A stretch of DNA of 63,811 nt, counting the filler, from Intoshia linei (taxonomy: Eukaryota; Animalia; Orthonectida): assembly GCA_001642005.1 (NCBI GenBank). It is 4 parts of 4 records of this genome, joined end to end, with 100 filler letters (N's around TTAATTAATTAA, not from the genome) between each part and the next. Parts side by side here need not be neighbours in the genome. Positions count along the whole stretch, not along the records: positions 30,831 to 51,406 come from LWCA01000678.1; positions 51,507 to 62,516 come from LWCA01001209.1; 2 more parts are not named here. The stretch is one strand, 5' to 3'. The notes beneath the pieces are model-generated. The model did no database searches. It was not told the origin of the DNA and saw nothing but the letters and a program-made list of their open reading frames with translations. The position numbers and the translations under genes were made by a program. Of the stretch, positions 39,240-53,223 are shown one piece after another. The first letter of the stretch is position 1, and each line of letters opens with the position of its first letter.

Positions 39240-42200
39240 ATGCAAAATTGGTCTCACATAAAATTAGCAATTACTTATCCCAAAGTTTCAAAAACAGTCA
39301 TTTCGTTAGGATACTATACAATTAAATTTATTTTGAGTAATTTTGAATATATTTTACAAACGTGATAAATAATTATACTTAAACAAAATTTATATTTTTT
39401 ATTTCCTTCTAAATTTAATGATATGTGTGTAGAATATGCAAATTCTTGTTCCATATACGGTCTAAATTCTGAATTACAAAATATTTTCAAAAATAGAAAA
39501 AAATCAATTTTAACTGTTTGTAATCATATGTCATGCATGGATGATCCTTTATTATGGGGTATTTTTAATATTTTTAAATTAATTATTATGATACAGAATC
39601 CACTCTACAGTTCGCCAGTTACGTGATTTTTTAAAAAATTTACGAGGCGTAAAGTTTTTAAATTTTCAAACTGAAAAATTTTTTTATTAAAAAGTAATAG
39701 TGTTGTATATAGCTTATAAGGAAATCTTTTGTCTGTTTCTCTAAAAGTATGCAAGTCCTAGCATTATTATACATTGGTGAACTTAAGAGAATACTGCATT
39801 TGATTTTATAACATATTTCGAATTTTGATGAATAGATTGTAATACTCGCTTGATTATATGAAAATATATTCAGTAATTGCTTTCAATAAGTAAAAAATAT
39901 TTTAAATCTATATATAAAGGATTCATCACATTTAAAAACATATTTCGGGTTCCACATGAATTTTTCCAACATTGAAATAAATCTCAATATGATAGTAACA
40001 AAGTTATACTTATTTTTATTCAAAACTGGAAAATGAGGAAATCCATAGCAACGATTAAAAAAATACGAAGGAATCAATTTATAAGATTTCACTTATCTCA
40101 TAACTATTGGAAATGTGTATACATTTGAACTTGCACAATGCACTTTTTTGAAATTGTAGGATGAATATTTACATTATTAATTTTAATCCAAAAATTTAAA
40201 AAATATTTGTGATAATGTATATTCTGGATTAGAGTAGTATTAGTGGATTAGTATATAGATTTCTGGGGTTGAAATTTTGTATTTATATCAACTGGAATAA
40301 GATGTATCAGACTAATCTTTTTTTTAATTCGAGGATTCACTAAGTGAACATTTGGGACTACATATGTATACTATGTAGATTATTTGAGTGTTTATGATTG
40401 CAGAAATGATGAACAAAAAATATACTGAAATGTTTATTAATTATTATTACATCATAATATATTATTTTTTTAGTAAACCCTAAGTAATCAGTTATTTTAG
40501 ATCATCTTAATGATTTTGTAGACCTTATTTCTTACATTACAGTCCACACAATGGATAATTTTTCTGAATTATTTAACTATAAAAAATGTTTTAAATTTTT
40601 TTGCAGGATAATTTGCTTTATTATAGGGTCACAGGAGAGAGTTCTGGATCATCAATTTAAATGATAAGTTTTTTTCATTGATAATTGGTTTATTCTGTAT
40701 CTTTTTTTGGAATTTCGTTGTTCATATTGTAGAAATAAAAAATTTACAAAATGCACGTTTTGTATAAAAGTTTCACTTAAATTCACTGTAATTTAAATAA
40801 ATCATGTTCATTCTTCACAGATCAGAATGTTCACGATTCATTTACTTGGTTTATTGTAAACCCTTATGATTAAACCAAAATTATTTTTTGTTGTTCATTC
40901 TTAGAGAATTTGACATAGAGGTTTGACTAATAGTTTTCAAATAAAAAAATGAATACTGAAGTTCTTTTTTGATCGTGAAGGCGTTACTATCTGAGATAAA
41001 ATTTTTTCTATGTGTAACTGAAGACAACTCTATTGGCTGTACCTTTTTTAGAGTTCTAGGAAATTCAATTGTACGGCTGATTTTATTTAAAAAAAAAGAT
41101 AAATTGAGTGTTTGGCACTGAAGGACTCAGTTTCGGAAATAAAATTCACGATACTGCATCACTCTTGAAAAACTGTATTAGAAAATTGGTTTTTTTGAAT
41201 TTTACTGTTAATTTTTAAATTTTTTAAATGAACGGTAACATACAGACAGACATTCAATTTTATATAAGCAAAGGATATCGATATAAAAATACCTAAAACT
41301 AATTAATATAATATTAATGATCATTGGTCACCCTGAGAACAGCTAATCTTGTGTAGTCCTTGCATGCAATTTATTGCTTTATTTTTGAGTTGTTACAAAC
41401 TTTTTTGAGTATATTGGATATCCACAGTTCTAAGCAAAACTCTGGGGTTTTTGCAATTTTTACCTTTTCAATATTTTTATTTAAATCTTTTTCTATTAAC
41501 TTCGTAAAAATTTTGGAAATAGTCATCGGTTGGTAAGTAATCAAGCATGTCACATTAATTTAAATTTTAATATGATGTGTTCATTTATTACCTTTTTTAT
41601 CACATATATTTCGTTTCCGTGATATAGCGCGCCATATACCACCGATTAAGATACAAAGCTGTAATGTAATGATTACATGAATTTAATAATATTTAACATT
41701 AGGATCATTGGACTATTCTCAATTATTCTCTAAAAACGGTCCCAGATGGAGTGGAGCAGCCAATGAGATTTGTTTTTCTAATTTATTTACTAGACTTTAT
41801 TTTTATTTGAACCGAGCTGTACCAATTATTAGAGGTGGTGGTATCGATCAACCAGGAATCAATTTTTTAATAGATAGAATCAATGATGGATCTTGGGTGC
41901 ATGTGTTTCCAGAAGGTTGTTTATTTACCAATGTTTGGTCATTTACATGTATAATTATAATTGAAACCTACAATTGTATACCTTATAATGGATAATACAC
42001 ACATGTAATTGTTGATTATAGGACGCGTGAACGATACCAATGATTATGTTCGATTTAAATGGGGTAAATTACTGTTATAATATAAATTAATAATTATATG
42101 AAGCTAAATCAGTCGGATGAAAAGGTAGAATTGTCCATCGGACGTATTTTTAGTAAATATTTCATAAAATACAATTTGAAAAATGTACATAAAAACTCCA

Positions 42201-43194
42201 TCTAATATTTTAGAACAGAGGTGGGGAAGCATTTACATTTACTGCCACACTAATGTCCCAAAAAATTTAATCAAATACAGTAGTGCTTCTCATGGGGGTT
42301 ACCAGTCACCCCAAGGGTGAATACGAACATTTTAGATGATAAAATTTTAGCATATTTTATTCAATTTAGTAAAATTTTATGAGAAAAAACAAAAATCTGA
42401 TCTCAAAAGAAAAAACCTAATTTTACCAACCCTTAATGAAAAAAACCGCTTTTACCAAAAATTAATATTTTAAAAATAATTAAAATTGTTCAGAAGACCG
42501 CACCAAGTCGTCAATACGACCGAACTTTTCCCATCTCTGTTCTATAATCTAGATATTCGTCCACAGTCCCGAATAATGCCGATATTGAAATATACTTTTC
42601 CATGTTTTAATTAGTGAAACACTTAACGTGGGGTCGCGAAAGTCGCGAATTATTATTAGAAAAAATTTTGTTTCAACGGATCAATATATATTTTTAGATT
42701 GGTGTGTCGCAAAACTTTTCAGATTGAAATGTGTGTCACCAACCAAAATGGGTTGGAAAGCACTGCATTATATAATTATATATAGGTATTGGAAGGATTA
42801 TTAAAGAAGCTACTGTAAATATTGATATTATTCCAATCTGGCATTGTGGTACAATTTTTGTACAAATTAAGTCTAAATTAATTATCTAGGTTTTCAAAAC
42901 ATTTTACCAAACAAAACACCTTATTTTCCAAGATTTGGAAAGGTAAATTAAATAATATGCAATAAAATTTTAAAAAAAACTAAACGATACAATTTTTACT
43001 AGAAAACTCTAGTCTATTATGGGAAACCAATTTCCACTATAACATTAAAAAATAAATTAAAGGTTAGTAAGATTTATTTTATAAAGTACATAAATTTGTA
43101 GGAATACAACAAACTTACAATTACAGATTATATCCAAAATGAAATGTACATGTTAAAGAAAAAAGCCACCAGTATTTTTGATAAGATTACATAA
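39240..43194 (+). CDS. TAZ: Tafazzin phospholipid transacylase (8 exons)
   Basis: TVCNHMSCMDDPLLWG (HxxxxD), RWSGAANEICF, VPIIRGGGIDQ, WVHVFPEG|RVN, RFKWG|IGR, ILPNKTPYFPRFGK. Confidence 0.95.
42216..42539. mobile_element. hAT-like MITE; inverted partial relative at about 36970-37175
   Basis: CAGAGGTGGGGAAG / CTTTTCCCATCTCTG TIR; shared blocks CACCAAGTCGTCAATA and ACCAGTCACCC. Confidence 0.6.
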
Positions 43195-43336
43195 ATTGAA
43201 TCATTTATTAATTTTTACATATTAACAAATGTAAAATTAAAATTTTATCATAACCGTATCGATTTGTAGTAATAATTCATATAATTAATATAAATTTCTT
43301 AAAATGGGATGTAATTCTACCTGTATTTGTAATAAT

Positions 43337-43589
43337 TGTCGTGAAAAATTTTATACCTACCAATTGAACGATAATTGAGATCAATATAGAAACAGCATTA
43401 CACTAACAATACAAATTGAGCAGTGTATTTTAAGCCAGATTAATTTTAGGTTAAATAACGGCGTGCAAAATGAACAAAATAGTGTATTATTATAAGCCAA
43501 AATTATACAATGCTATTTTAGTCACAAATATTAACTAAAATTAAATCGGTATGTATAAAATTTTGATGGGCATAAAATTTTTCACGACA
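43337..43589. mobile_element. MITE with TGT...ACA termini between TAZ and API5
   Basis: TGTCGTGAAAAATTTTATACC ... GGCATAAAATTTTTCACGACA inverted repeats. Confidence 0.6.
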
Positions 43590-43875
43590 ATAATATATTT
43601 GTTAATTGTCAAATTGACATGAGAATATATTTATTGTTAATTTGGGAAATTTTTACTTGGAATTTTATATATTTTGATTAAATTGATCCATCATGCGATT
43701 CATATCAAGTTGATACTACAACAGTATCAACAAAAATAGAAAAACTGCAAAAACAAACGTTACCATCATTGTAAATACAAAAATGGAAAGAAATATAAAA
43801 CTACCAAGGTTACCATTCCCATTTATCAATTACCATGTGATTAGAAATAAATTTGAAGATAATTTAAAAATTTTA

Positions 43876-46800
43876 ATGAATTCAATGGAAAAAATAAATG
43901 TTGATGAACTGTACAATTGCTGTGAAACATTGGACATTTACGTAAAATCAAAAGAATACGACTCTGAAAATATTGAAGCTGATGTAACTAAATTATTTAA
44001 CACGTACAATTTTTCCAGAAACATGCAGTTTATAAGCAAATTTTGGGAGGTGTGAAAAGTGATAGCTTAGAAAAAAGATTGAGTGCTCAATTAATTGTGA
44101 GATTTTTTAAATATTTTCCAAAAGACATTGAAAATGCAATAGACGCTCTCTTGGATTTATGTGAAGATGAAGATTTGATGGTTTTAATATTTTTAAAATT
44201 TTTTTTAATTTTCATTAATTTTATTTTTGTAAATTTAGATACGTAAACAGGCTATACGAGAATTAATTTCATTGATTAAAAATTCAAAATCTCATGTACG
44301 ACAAATTAGCGATGTTTTTACTCAATTATTGATAACTGACGATAAATCAGAGTTGATTTTGTTGGAAAATGGATTATTAACTTTTTTTAAATTTGATCCG
44401 GCAGGTAATTGAAAATATTTCTATATTTTTAAATTTTATCAAAAAATTGTTTAGAAATGATTGAAGGAGCATTCAATCAAATATTAAATGATTCAGATCC
44501 TAAAATTACCAAAAGAGCACTCTCTTTTGTTTCAAATAAACTGAGAAACCACGGAAAAAATCAATGGTCAGAAGATACTACAAAGTTACTTATTGAAAAA
44601 ATTAAATTGGTACATTTTGTACATTATTTTCCATATTAATTATTTTGTAGGCTCTTGTTTCAGAAAAGGGCGATAATATTAAAAGTTTGATTGATATTTT
44701 GTATAGATTTGAATCTATAAAATCTTTAACTGGGCGAAAGTATATTCTTGATGTGTTGGAGAAAAGATTAAACTCTAAAGAATTTGATGTATTTTTTCAA
44801 AAATTCTACAAGATTTAATTTTAATTGTTTACTTGTTAATTTAATTATTTTAATATTTAGTTAAATAATCAAGATTCTCTTGGGATGGTGCTAACTTGTA
44901 TGAAATCAGCTGTACCGTTCTTTTCGGTAATTTTTCGTGTTACTTTTTTTTATTCTATAATAGAAAAATGCTTCTCCTTTACCTTTCTTTGAATTTTATC
45001 AAAATAATGTCATTCCTGCATTAATTTCTAGTTTATCTAAAACAGACAACGATGAAAATAGTTTGATTGTTCATGAATCTCTGCATTTTGAACTTATGAA
45101 AATTCTTGTTAATATGTCATTTCATATTGCTGAATTGACTGACAAGTGTCCTGACAAATTAGGGTTGTTGGCTATTCAATTACACAAATTAATTGTTAGT
45201 TTAATTCCTAAATTTGACGAAGAACGCATTTCCAAAATTTCTGAAACTCTTTCGAAATTATCTAAAACCGAAAAAAGTGAAACTGAACTAGATGAATGTG
45301 ATAAAGATCATGTCAATGAGGATGTCGCTTTAATTGAAAATTTTAAATTTTCCTTTATTGAGACAACCATGTCTGCTTTTACAGTTATTGCACAAGTGTC
45401 AAATAGTTTTTATACAGATTACATTAAACTCGATGAAGATGAGGAAAAAAGCTTTAAATTTCAGTTATTTTGTCGTTTTTACTTTTTTATAATATTTTTA
45501 GGCTGTCTTGTTTAGCTCGACTTGCTAAAATAAATGTTCTTTATTTAAAATATAAAAAGACAAAATCTACAGAGGTATTTTATTTATTTTACTTAAAACT
45601 TTACAAATTACTGAGCTAGGCTACGTTATAGATCAGCGGTTCTCAAATGGGGGTACTGGTACCCCCTAGGTGTACCATAAATTATTTTGGTGTACCAGTT
45701 TGTCTCATCCTATGACTCAAACTTTATGATTCATAAATTATAAATATTTTTATGTATCTATTTTTGATGAAGTATAGTTTAACTAACTATTTATTTTACT
45801 TGATTATTTTTAATTCAAATGGTATCATAGTTACAATAAATAGAAATTATTATGTGTACCAAATTATATTTTTTTTAATTTAGGGGTACCAACTGCGAAG
45901 TATGTTGAGAACCGCTGTTATAGATTGAAACTCAATTTCGTTTCAATGTTTTTTTAACAATTAATGAATCAAACAAAATAATATCTAGGGCTATCTGAAA
46001 ATTCAGAATTATAATGAACCAATTATAGTAGAAAATGTTTAAAACGGTGTTTAAAAGTTGAAAAAAATTAAAAATAAATAATTTACATATTTACTCAAAG
46101 GGCCACCAAAATTATTATGTGGGCCATTGGTTGCCGACCCCTGGTCTATGTTTTTCATTTTATATATTTTTACATTTTTTATTGTCCACTATAAAATTTA
46201 AAAACAAATGTGAGTCACGTAAATTGCTTAAAATAACAATAGATCAAGATTACACTACAATAGAAAATTACCTTTATTTAAAGGGTGTTTACTATTCATT
46301 ACCCGATTGTTCACTGTAATTCCATATAAAGTGTATATTTCGTAAAGAAAATTATTTTTTTATGTTCAATATACATGAGTCTGACAGTCAGACTCTGACT
46401 ATATATTTTAAATTTATTAAATTTAATGTAGACTTCAATCGACTCTATGGCTATGAATAAATTCCCTTCACTTATTGCTCAATTTATGCGTAATCCACCA
46501 TCTTTTAATTTGACTAAAGAAATTAAAAATTGGTATAATTGTCTTAGTCCCATGAAAATAAATGTATCGAATATGTAATTTTTTCATTAATTATTTGATA
46601 ATTTTAATTAAATTAAATTAATTATCTGACAATTATAATGATTCCATAGTTTGAGATTATTCAAATTGCTTGGAACAATGCGATAATTATCAATATATCC
46701 AATAATATTCCATTTCTAACCTTTTCATCTTTTTAAAAAAATTGTATAGCTTTGAAGTGGCTTTCACTTTTAAAAAATTGTACGTGTTGCTCCCTTAAAA

Positions 46801-47111
46801 AGTTATATTGTAAAGATGGGAATATGAATCGCGTTGAGAACGTCTGACCTAACATGCCTTCAACTTAGCACCCTAAAACCCATTGTTAAATATCAAAGTA
46901 TAGTATCTTGAATACTATTAGATACTTTTTAGAGCGACCACTGTATCTGCTTCAAATTAACTTTTTTATTAGCTCAAATATGCATTCAAAGTGTGATTAT
47001 ATTTAATTACCCAGTTGTATATTATTTTTTAGAGCAAAATTGAGTAAAAGAAATTCAAATGGCGAAAAATTGTACTATGTGCCTCCAAAAGCGAAATATA
47101 AAACCACTTAG
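43876..47111 (+). CDS. API5: Apoptosis inhibitor 5 (multi-exon; start could be 43783, 43876 or 43885)
   Basis: VDELY..., ILGGVKSDSLEKRLSAQLIVRFFKYFP...AIDALLDLCEDED|IRKQAIREL, ISDVFTQLL, FMRNPPSF and C-terminal YVPPKAKY are all collinear with API5. Confidence 0.93.
45634..45917. mobile_element. hAT MITE in API5 intron
   Basis: TIR CAGCGGTTCTCAA/TTGAGAACCGCTG with perfect TSD TTATAGAT. Confidence 0.92.
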
Positions 47112-47314
47112 CACATTACATATTGTTTAAATTCATTAAATAATTTTTGTATTTACTTATAATTTGTTTGAAACAATATGATGCAGGGTATTGTTTCCTA
47201 TTCCTTTAACACTTAATAATTTGATAGATTAATAAAAGTTAATTTTTACATAAATTTGACCAGAATAGAATTCCAATTACATGTGTATGACAATATTAAC
47301 ATTTTTATTATAAA

Positions 47315-47698
47315 CTAGGTTCACTGAGATGAACTACATACAAAAAGCACATAGTTCGATCGAGGGCGGACATTTTTATTCTACCAAAAAAATAAATTCA
47401 AACTAAAATATTATTTAAAAATGTTACTATTCATTATTATCAATTCTTTAAAAAAGTAGTTCCCAAACTTGTTTTATTACGGGCCGGGCCGGTAAGTAAC
47501 ATTTTCTTTTAATTTAAAATCGATTAATCCCACTTAATTTTATTTTGTGAACATTTCAGTTAATAATTTTAAAAACCATTTTTTTAATTTTTAGAGGGAA
47601 AATGAATGTATCGCTTATTACTTTTTTAAATAAATCGAAACAGACAAATAAATAAACAGACGTACATTTTTAACTAAATTACTTTATATAAGTAGAGA
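47315..47698 (-). mobile_element. Short, degraded non-autonomous Helitron copy
   Basis: The minus strand begins A|TCTCTACTTATATA, carries GTCTGTTT repeats and ends in a decayed hairpin and CTAG|T. Confidence 0.6.
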
Positions 47699-48414
47699 TT
47701 GTCCAATACCCAAATAAATTTTTAATTGAAATTCCAATTGATACATTTATCAATGTAGCTCTCTATAAACTAAAAAATTTGCATTTATAATCCAAATAGA
47801 TAGAATATCCAATGAACGTCGATCTGATGTTGAGAGACTTTATTCGAATCAATAAATGACTTGAATCTTTTCACACGAGTCCTCACTGAGGACTCCTTAC
47901 TCCTCGGTCAATTATTTAAAATTTCTGTTTTCCCGTTTTTGTAAATAAATTATTTATATAAATTAGCGCTGCTACTAGAAGTTTGTACATTGTAAAAACA
48001 GTGTTGTTAGTACTGGTTGGATAAAACAAGTTTGGGACCTCAGTGTTATAAAGTAAACTTTAATGGTGAATCATTTGGATATACTGAAATGTTTATGAAA
48101 TATTGCAATTACTATAATTATGATTAGTAATTAATTTTCGGGATAGTAACATAAAAAAACGCCATTGGAAAAGCTAAATATTGTTTCTATGTTGTACAAA
48201 AGTAAAAATGTATACCATAAAACATTGTTGATACGTTTCATTTGAAAATGTCCTAAATATTAAATTGATCAATACATGAACCAAATAATAAAATTTATAG
48301 AATAGTATTATTATATTATGTTTATGATATTAAGTTATTATTAGTAGATTTAGTTTAGTGTCCTGATCTTGAAATTTTTTGAGATCAAAACAAAATTTCC
48401 AAAGTATAATCAGT

Positions 48415-51065
48415 ATGAATAAAAAACTTGTCCAAACACCATCCGATACCGCTTTGAATTTGCAAAGTAGAATATACGGACAACATGACAGTTATAATAC
48501 CATAAATGAAACAGTTTTGGAGAAATATAGTAATTTACAATTAAAAAATAACATCATAAACATGAAAATTAGATGAAAGTTTGTTGGTGGAAAGTGTGAA
48601 TTTTATGATTGAAACTAATCAAATTCAGAATAATACTATGAATTATTATGTCGTTTCAAATCAGATGAACAATTTGATTGTACGAAGAGGTCAATCGTTT
48701 ACTGTTTGCATACGTTTCAACAAACCCATTGAACCGCGTGACATATTATTCATTCTTCAGACGGGTTCAGATCCAGTTGAATCGACTGGTTCGTTGATTC
48801 GAATCTCTATAACAGAAAAAATTATTCCATCAAAGTGGAGTTGCAGTATTTCTAAATTTGATCAAGATTACACTTTTCAGTTTTTTGCCCCGTCGAATGC
48901 GATATTTGCTAAATGGAATTTTATCGTTCAAACAGCTCAACGTAACAATTCGTATAAATATGATTATTTGTGGTATAAACACACTAAATCCATCATTGTT
49001 TTGTTTAACCCATGGTGTGTCGGTATGTCATGTTTGTTTTGTTTTTAATCTTTTCAGATGACGATATATACATGCAAAATGATGAAGACATTCAAGAGTA
49101 TATTTTGCAGAATTATGTTCAAATCCCGTTAGGATCATGTATTCAACATTACATGAAATGCTGGCTCGTTTCTCAGGTTAATATCATTTATTAATTATAA
49201 ATTAATTAATCAAAATTCATAAGGTTTTTTATTACGTGTTATACGTGTATTATACTTATAATACATTATCTACCATTAATTTGTAATTTAAATGTATTTA
49301 TTTTAGTACAATCCAAAAGTTATTGAATATGTATTGTTGTTGCTGAATGATTCACATTTGCATTACAATTTGAGAAACAATACCAATTCAATTCTCCGAA
49401 AAATTGCATATAAAGTATGTTTTAAAGTCACATGTTAAGTTAATTTGGCGAACATTCAATTGAGCGATGTATTGTTAGAGCGATACATCTTAGACTTAGA
49501 TGTTTGATTCAAATTTGTTAACTGATTTAAAATATTTAAATTTTTTACATATTCGGTTTTTTAAATTATATTTTTCCTTTTGGGCTTTGATTATGTGTTT
49601 AAGATTATGTAGTAGTTTTTTCTCCTTAGAATTGACAAAATTGTATTTTTGAAAAAAAATATTGGAAAAACGGAATTTTAGCATTAATATTGCCATTATT
49701 GCTCTGATTCACACCAGTGTAAGATGAATTCGGCATCTGAGCCATCTGGCGAAGAGTTGATATGTCTATAGATTAAATAATAAAATAAATTTTTTATTAA
49801 TAAAACTGTACAGTTTTAAGGTATAAATATAAAAAAATATACAACACTTAATTCACTCTTCAGCTCTGCCGAGGGCACATTTTTATTATACCAAAAAAAT
49901 AAGTTCATGTTGAAAATCTAATTTAAAAATTCTACTATTCACTCTTTTAGGAATTAAAAAATTTTAGGATGTGTTTCATTCTTAAAAAAAAGGGGGTAAT
50001 TTGTGGTTTTGGCCCTGAACATATAATTTTTTTAAATTTAAATTTATGATAATGTTTATAATTTTAAAATCCGTATTAACGTATATATTTTTTTAATTTC
50101 TTCAACTCGTTTGATTTTTTCAAAAAAAAGGGCAATTAGGGTTTTTGACTCGTAAGATGTGAGTTTGGGAGAACTCTAGAGCAGTGGCCACTGCTCTAGA
50201 GAATGGACGTCGTCAATTTCCATCAAAACCGATCAAAGTGCATATTATAAAATTTAGATACATTTTGTATTTTTGATTACTTGTATTTGTAGATAATTAA
50301 ATTGACAAAATTCTTGGAAATCCAAGAAAGTCACACATCAAAAATAAATTATGTGCGATCATTTAATTGGACTAGTAGTGGATCTATATTAGCTTCTTAC
50401 TTTAACAATAAAAACCGTGATAAAGAACCTATTACTGTAAGTAGAAATGCCAGAATTTTATTGCTTTGTACAGGTAATATTTTTGAACCTAGTTTTTGTT
50501 TTTGTTATACAATGTATACTTTCTAATCAAAATAAAGATAACATTTTTCGGTTAATATTGATAAAAATAATTAGTTTGTCGAACAATTGGTATTCCATGT
50601 AGAATAGTGACTGGATTTTTCATGTCACCCTTACAAAAAGAATACATGAATATAAATTTACATTGGCATCATTCTGGGGACGATTTACACGAATTGGATT
50701 GTGATGAAATACAGTAAAAATTTATGACAATTTATAATTTACATGTTAATTCTATTTAGTGATAATCATGCATGGTTAGAAGTGTGGACAAAATGTCCAA
50801 ATTTCCCACAAACAGTTTGCTGGAATGCTTTCGATATAGCCAAAAATGATTGTGATGATGGTGAAACCTTTTCATGTTTTAAAGTTATTATTAAATTTTT
50901 TTAGAAAAAAAAATGTATGGATTGTACCCAGTGAATTTATTACGTGATGGCCGAACAGCATTACGTACCAATCAATTGCAACTATATTGGCAAATAAACA
51001 CAGATGTGTGTTATAATATTTTACAAAAGGACAGCTCTTGGATAATCAAATTTGATAGATTAAAG
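48415..51065 (+). CDS. Transglutaminase-family protein, N-terminal and core domains (3' end not visible)
   Basis: LIVRRGQSF, LFNPWC|DDDIYM...EYIL, WTSSGSIL, CRTIGIPCRIVT, NHAWLEVW, WNAFD and INTD match the animal transglutaminase layout. Confidence 0.9.
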
Positions 51066-51506
51066 TAAGTACCGGTTCCTGGTACACAGTGTTATAGTGT
51101 TTGTTTAATTTTGTCATACATGTATATCTTTTTCAATTTTTCGCTGGGCACACATAAATGTTTCTGGACACACCGGTGACACAGTTTTAATCGTGCAGGG
51201 TTTTTATTATAAATTTATTTTACTTAAAAGTATACATTGTTGTATATTTAATGTAAATATATTAAAAACCGCACTCGTTGAATCATTTTAAACTATGGCG
51301 GCACAGACTTTGCAGTAGGGTGGTTCAAAAAAAAATTTTAAAATGTATTTTCGAGTATATTAGGGAAATTGGGTAAAAATGACTTGTACAAATTTTTACA
51401 GCATAANNNNNNNNNNNNNNNNNNNNNNNNNNNNNNNNNNNNNNNNNNNNTTAATTAATTAANNNNNNNNNNNNNNNNNNNNNNNNNNNNNNNNNNNNNN
51501 NNNNNN

Positions 51507-52150
51507 CGTACGATTTTGTGGTGGATATTAGTTGGATTTTGCTTTCGTCGGTAAATATAATCTTGGCCCAATCCAAATCACTCCATTCCAAATGTAATCT
51601 ACACTACAACAATCTTTTTTTGATATTACGCTTCGATAATAATGGTTTTTTAGTAGATATTCTTCCGAATAGGTTGTTTTTGCGAAGATATCTTCTTCCT
51701 GTTTCTGTGGATATGGTTACAGATGACCCCAATGAATCTCTTTTCACATTAGAAGCAGTTTTACTAGGAAACTTTCGAGACTCATTGCACAAAAGACGTT
51801 CATCTCTTATAAATAGTATAAAAGGACGGCCCGACCTTGGCTTATCTTCAACAGATTGTATACTTTTGTATTTTTTAATTTTTTCGATAACAGAATGCCT
51901 TAATATTTTAAAATCTCTAGCAATTTTGTGTTTGGAAATCCCTCCTTTGTGAAGCTCAACTATTTTCTTTCTAATTGTTAATGATATCCTAGTCATGATG
52001 TCTAATGTTTAAAATAAAATACAATTTATAATGAATAACATTAAAAAATCAGAATATGTACATTTAAAAAAAAACCTTGTGATTTTCAATTGTATTTATT
52101 CTTATTTTTACAAAAATTGTTAAGGGTTTCAAGACTTTTGACCACCACTG
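51507..52150 (-). mobile_element. Tc1 transposon 5' half (truncated by gap)
   Basis: TA|CAGTGGTGGTCAAAAGTCTTGAAACCC TIR. ORF 51604-51996 has a paired-like HTH, RSGRP and KKPLLS; a frameshift follows towards the IFTDESKI motif. Confidence 0.92.
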
Positions 52151-53223
52151 TATTTATCATATTTTCATAGTAATAACAAACATAAATCAAATACAGGTAT
52201 GTTTCAATTTTTATCGGGAAATCCCGAAAAATTTAATTCCCGGAAATTATTTAATATCCTGGGAATTTTGTCCCGGTTTTTTTCCCGGCACAATCACTAC
52301 TTACTGACACTTATAACTAAAAAATATTATAATTATTATACACTCCGTCCACTAGAATTAAAAAAAACATGATATTATCACATAGATTCCTTATTCATAA
52401 AGATATTTTTTTGAAAATTGACATGCAATATAAGAACGTCACAATGTTATTATCTTAAAAAAATATGTTTGAAAAAACCAAAATAAAAAAAGTTATTAAT
52501 AAAATAGATAAAATGACATTATATAACTAGTGACCCGCGGGCCAAAAGTGGCCACAGAATAATTTTGGTGGCCCTTTGAGTAAATGTGTAAACTATTTAT
52601 TTTTAAATTTTTCAATTTTTAAACACCGTTTTAAACATGGTCTTCTAAAATTGGCTAATTATAATCATTTTAATACTGAATTTTCAAAATTGCCTTATTT
52701 TATTTTGTTGAATATACTAGAACCGTTTCTCTTAAATTAAAATTGAAATATATCATGTGTAAATTTTCAAAAACGGACCAGTGGAATTTTTTTACATAAA
52801 AAAGTGGCCCACGAAATGCAAAAGGTTTCCGACTCCTGTCATTGAATATGCCTAAAGGTCTTGAATTGTCAGAAAGCGAAAAAATTTTTATTATTGAAGT
52901 AAAATGTTTTAACAATCAAATCGTAAGGCATGTAGTAATTTGTGTGATCTTCATTTTTAATTTAGCCCTCTGATAAGCGTTAAAGAGTCTAATCAGAGTG
53001 CAAAAAAATAAATAAAGAGAACTACCAAATAAAATTATTTACCCACATTTGTATTTTTCGAGATACAGACATATGATTATATAATTTAATATACTTGTAA
53101 TAATATACTAAAGTGATAATATAATAAAGAGATAAAGACCTTATAATAATATTCATTCTTAACGAAGCGTTATACAAAAAGTCGGTGTGGGTAATACTAA
53201 ATAGGTATATACATTAAAAAAAA

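Noticed and set aside
2978-43194. Acyl-transfer gene cluster (LCAT x2, SLC33A1, ZDHHC, tafazzin)
   Set aside because: Different compartments, interspersed with unrelated genes; only the LCAT-SLC33A1 linkage was kept.
47828-47989. Possible solo LTR (TG...CA with AATAAA on minus strand)
   Set aside because: No TSD or second copy; unsupported.
51518-51952. 144-aa plus-strand ORF
   Set aside because: Antisense shadow of the Tc1 transposase.
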